Shown here piece by piece: positions 63,549-64,000 of a stretch of DNA of 64,000 bases. How positions within the stretch are numbered: position 1 is the first letter of the stretch; each line of letters starts with the position of its first letter. The translations under genes were made by a program, and so were the position numbers. The notes below the pieces were generated by a model that was given only the letters and a program-made list of their open reading frames with translations, did no database searches and was not told where the DNA came from. The stretch comes from an uncultured Candidatus Saccharibacteria bacterium (GTDB taxonomy: Bacteria > Patescibacteriota > Minisyncoccia > Phycocordibacterales > UBA6899), in assembly GCA_964469335.1 (NCBI GenBank), contig CAYXYK010000002.1, positions 16,660 through 80,659 on the forward strand, read 5' to 3'.

Positions 63549-64000
63549 ATGAGATTGAATCGTGTGGCAGCTTTGCTTCGCTCGACAAGCGTCAGTCATG
63601 ATCCAAGCACATGGGTCTCATCGACGAAAAGAGAAGGAGGAAATAACACTATTTCGATCGGAACACAGGAATTACCCGAGCAGGTAGCCGAGCGTTGGAG
63701 AGTCGGTACTTCCGATCAAAACGAGCAGTTACTTATCAAGCTTTCACATGAGCTTGCCCATGCATACCAAGAAGAAAAAGGATTCGAAACAGCACTTGTC
63801 GGCTTTCTTGATGGAAATAATGAGATCGGCAAACAGCATCTTCCGTACATTGAGCTGTATGCGCTGCTTACCGGCATCGGCCCTATCAACGGACTAACCA
63901 CAGAATCGGTATATGTCTCACAAAGTACGAATACCGGGCTATTGAGAGTCGAGGTGCTCGAAGATATCACCGAGCTCATCGCCGCATATATCGTGAGTGA
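63549..64000 (+). CDS. Partial CDS (3' end beyond the window) with an HExxH motif: possible zinc metallopeptidase-like protein.
   Basis: Open frame to the window edge (earliest ATG 63477; GAAGGTGA SD before ATG 63549). Contains LSHELAHAY. Confidence 0.3.
   Translation, partial: MRLNRVAALLRSTSVSHDPSTWVSSTKREGGNNTISIGTQELPEQVAERWRVGTSDQNEQLLIKLSHELAHAYQEEKGFETALVGFLDGNNEIGKQHLPYIELYALLTGIGPINGLTTESVYVSQSTNTGLLRVEVLEDITELIAAYIVS

Noticed and set aside
1-64000. Looked for CRISPR arrays, integrases/transposases, reverse transcriptases, rRNA genes and obvious riboswitch cores.
   Set aside because: None were recognisable by eye. The repeat-like structures found are listed as findings instead.

Overview
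A 64 kb chromosomal segment (~50% GC, densely packed, many overlapping or abutting genes) dominated by housekeeping functions. Gene content and the lack of RodA/FtsW next to the cell-wall genes are compatible with a reduced-genome (Patescibacteria-like) bacterium, but taxonomy cannot be settled from sequence alone.

Recognisable blocks:
- Translation: fmt-def, frr, hpf, proS, lysS, cysS, rplU, rplI, gatB/yqeY-like, a TrmA/RumA-type methyltransferase, prmC, and two tRNAs that I folded by hand (Arg-CCG and Glu-CTC).
- Replication and repair: priA, dnaB, recR, a holB-like gene, rmuC.
- Cell envelope: two mreB paralogs, mreC, an mreD-like gene, mrdA (PBP2), a truncated dcw cluster (mraZ-rsmH-ftsL-ftsI-murF), an HTH-MurA fusion and ctpA.
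- Transport: two MsbA-like ABC exporters, a MarR-MFP-RND efflux operon and corA.

Between these blocks sit short islets of uncharacterised genes, several with deviant GC: a DUF4279 gene, a segment after the tRNA-Glu, a cluster at 41-45 kb, and a secreted DUF4430/Gmad2 pair.

The most interesting non-genic signals are:
- A ~100 nt intergenic element present in three copies, two of them directly downstream of the two diverged mreB paralogs.
- A recurrent promoter architecture in which a TATAAT-like -10 box lies 6-8 nt upstream of the start codon, implying leaderless mRNAs.
- A perfect 20 bp palindrome inside the promoter of the HTH-MurA fusion gene.
- A promoter, 41-codon uORF and hairpin leader upstream of the second ABC exporter.
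- A small protein gene with its own promoter and flanking terminators, beside a possible divergent sRNA.
- A priA homolog that has lost both Walker motifs.

No CRISPR array, integrase, transposase or rRNA gene was seen. All functional calls are from motif recognition by eye; no database search was possible.
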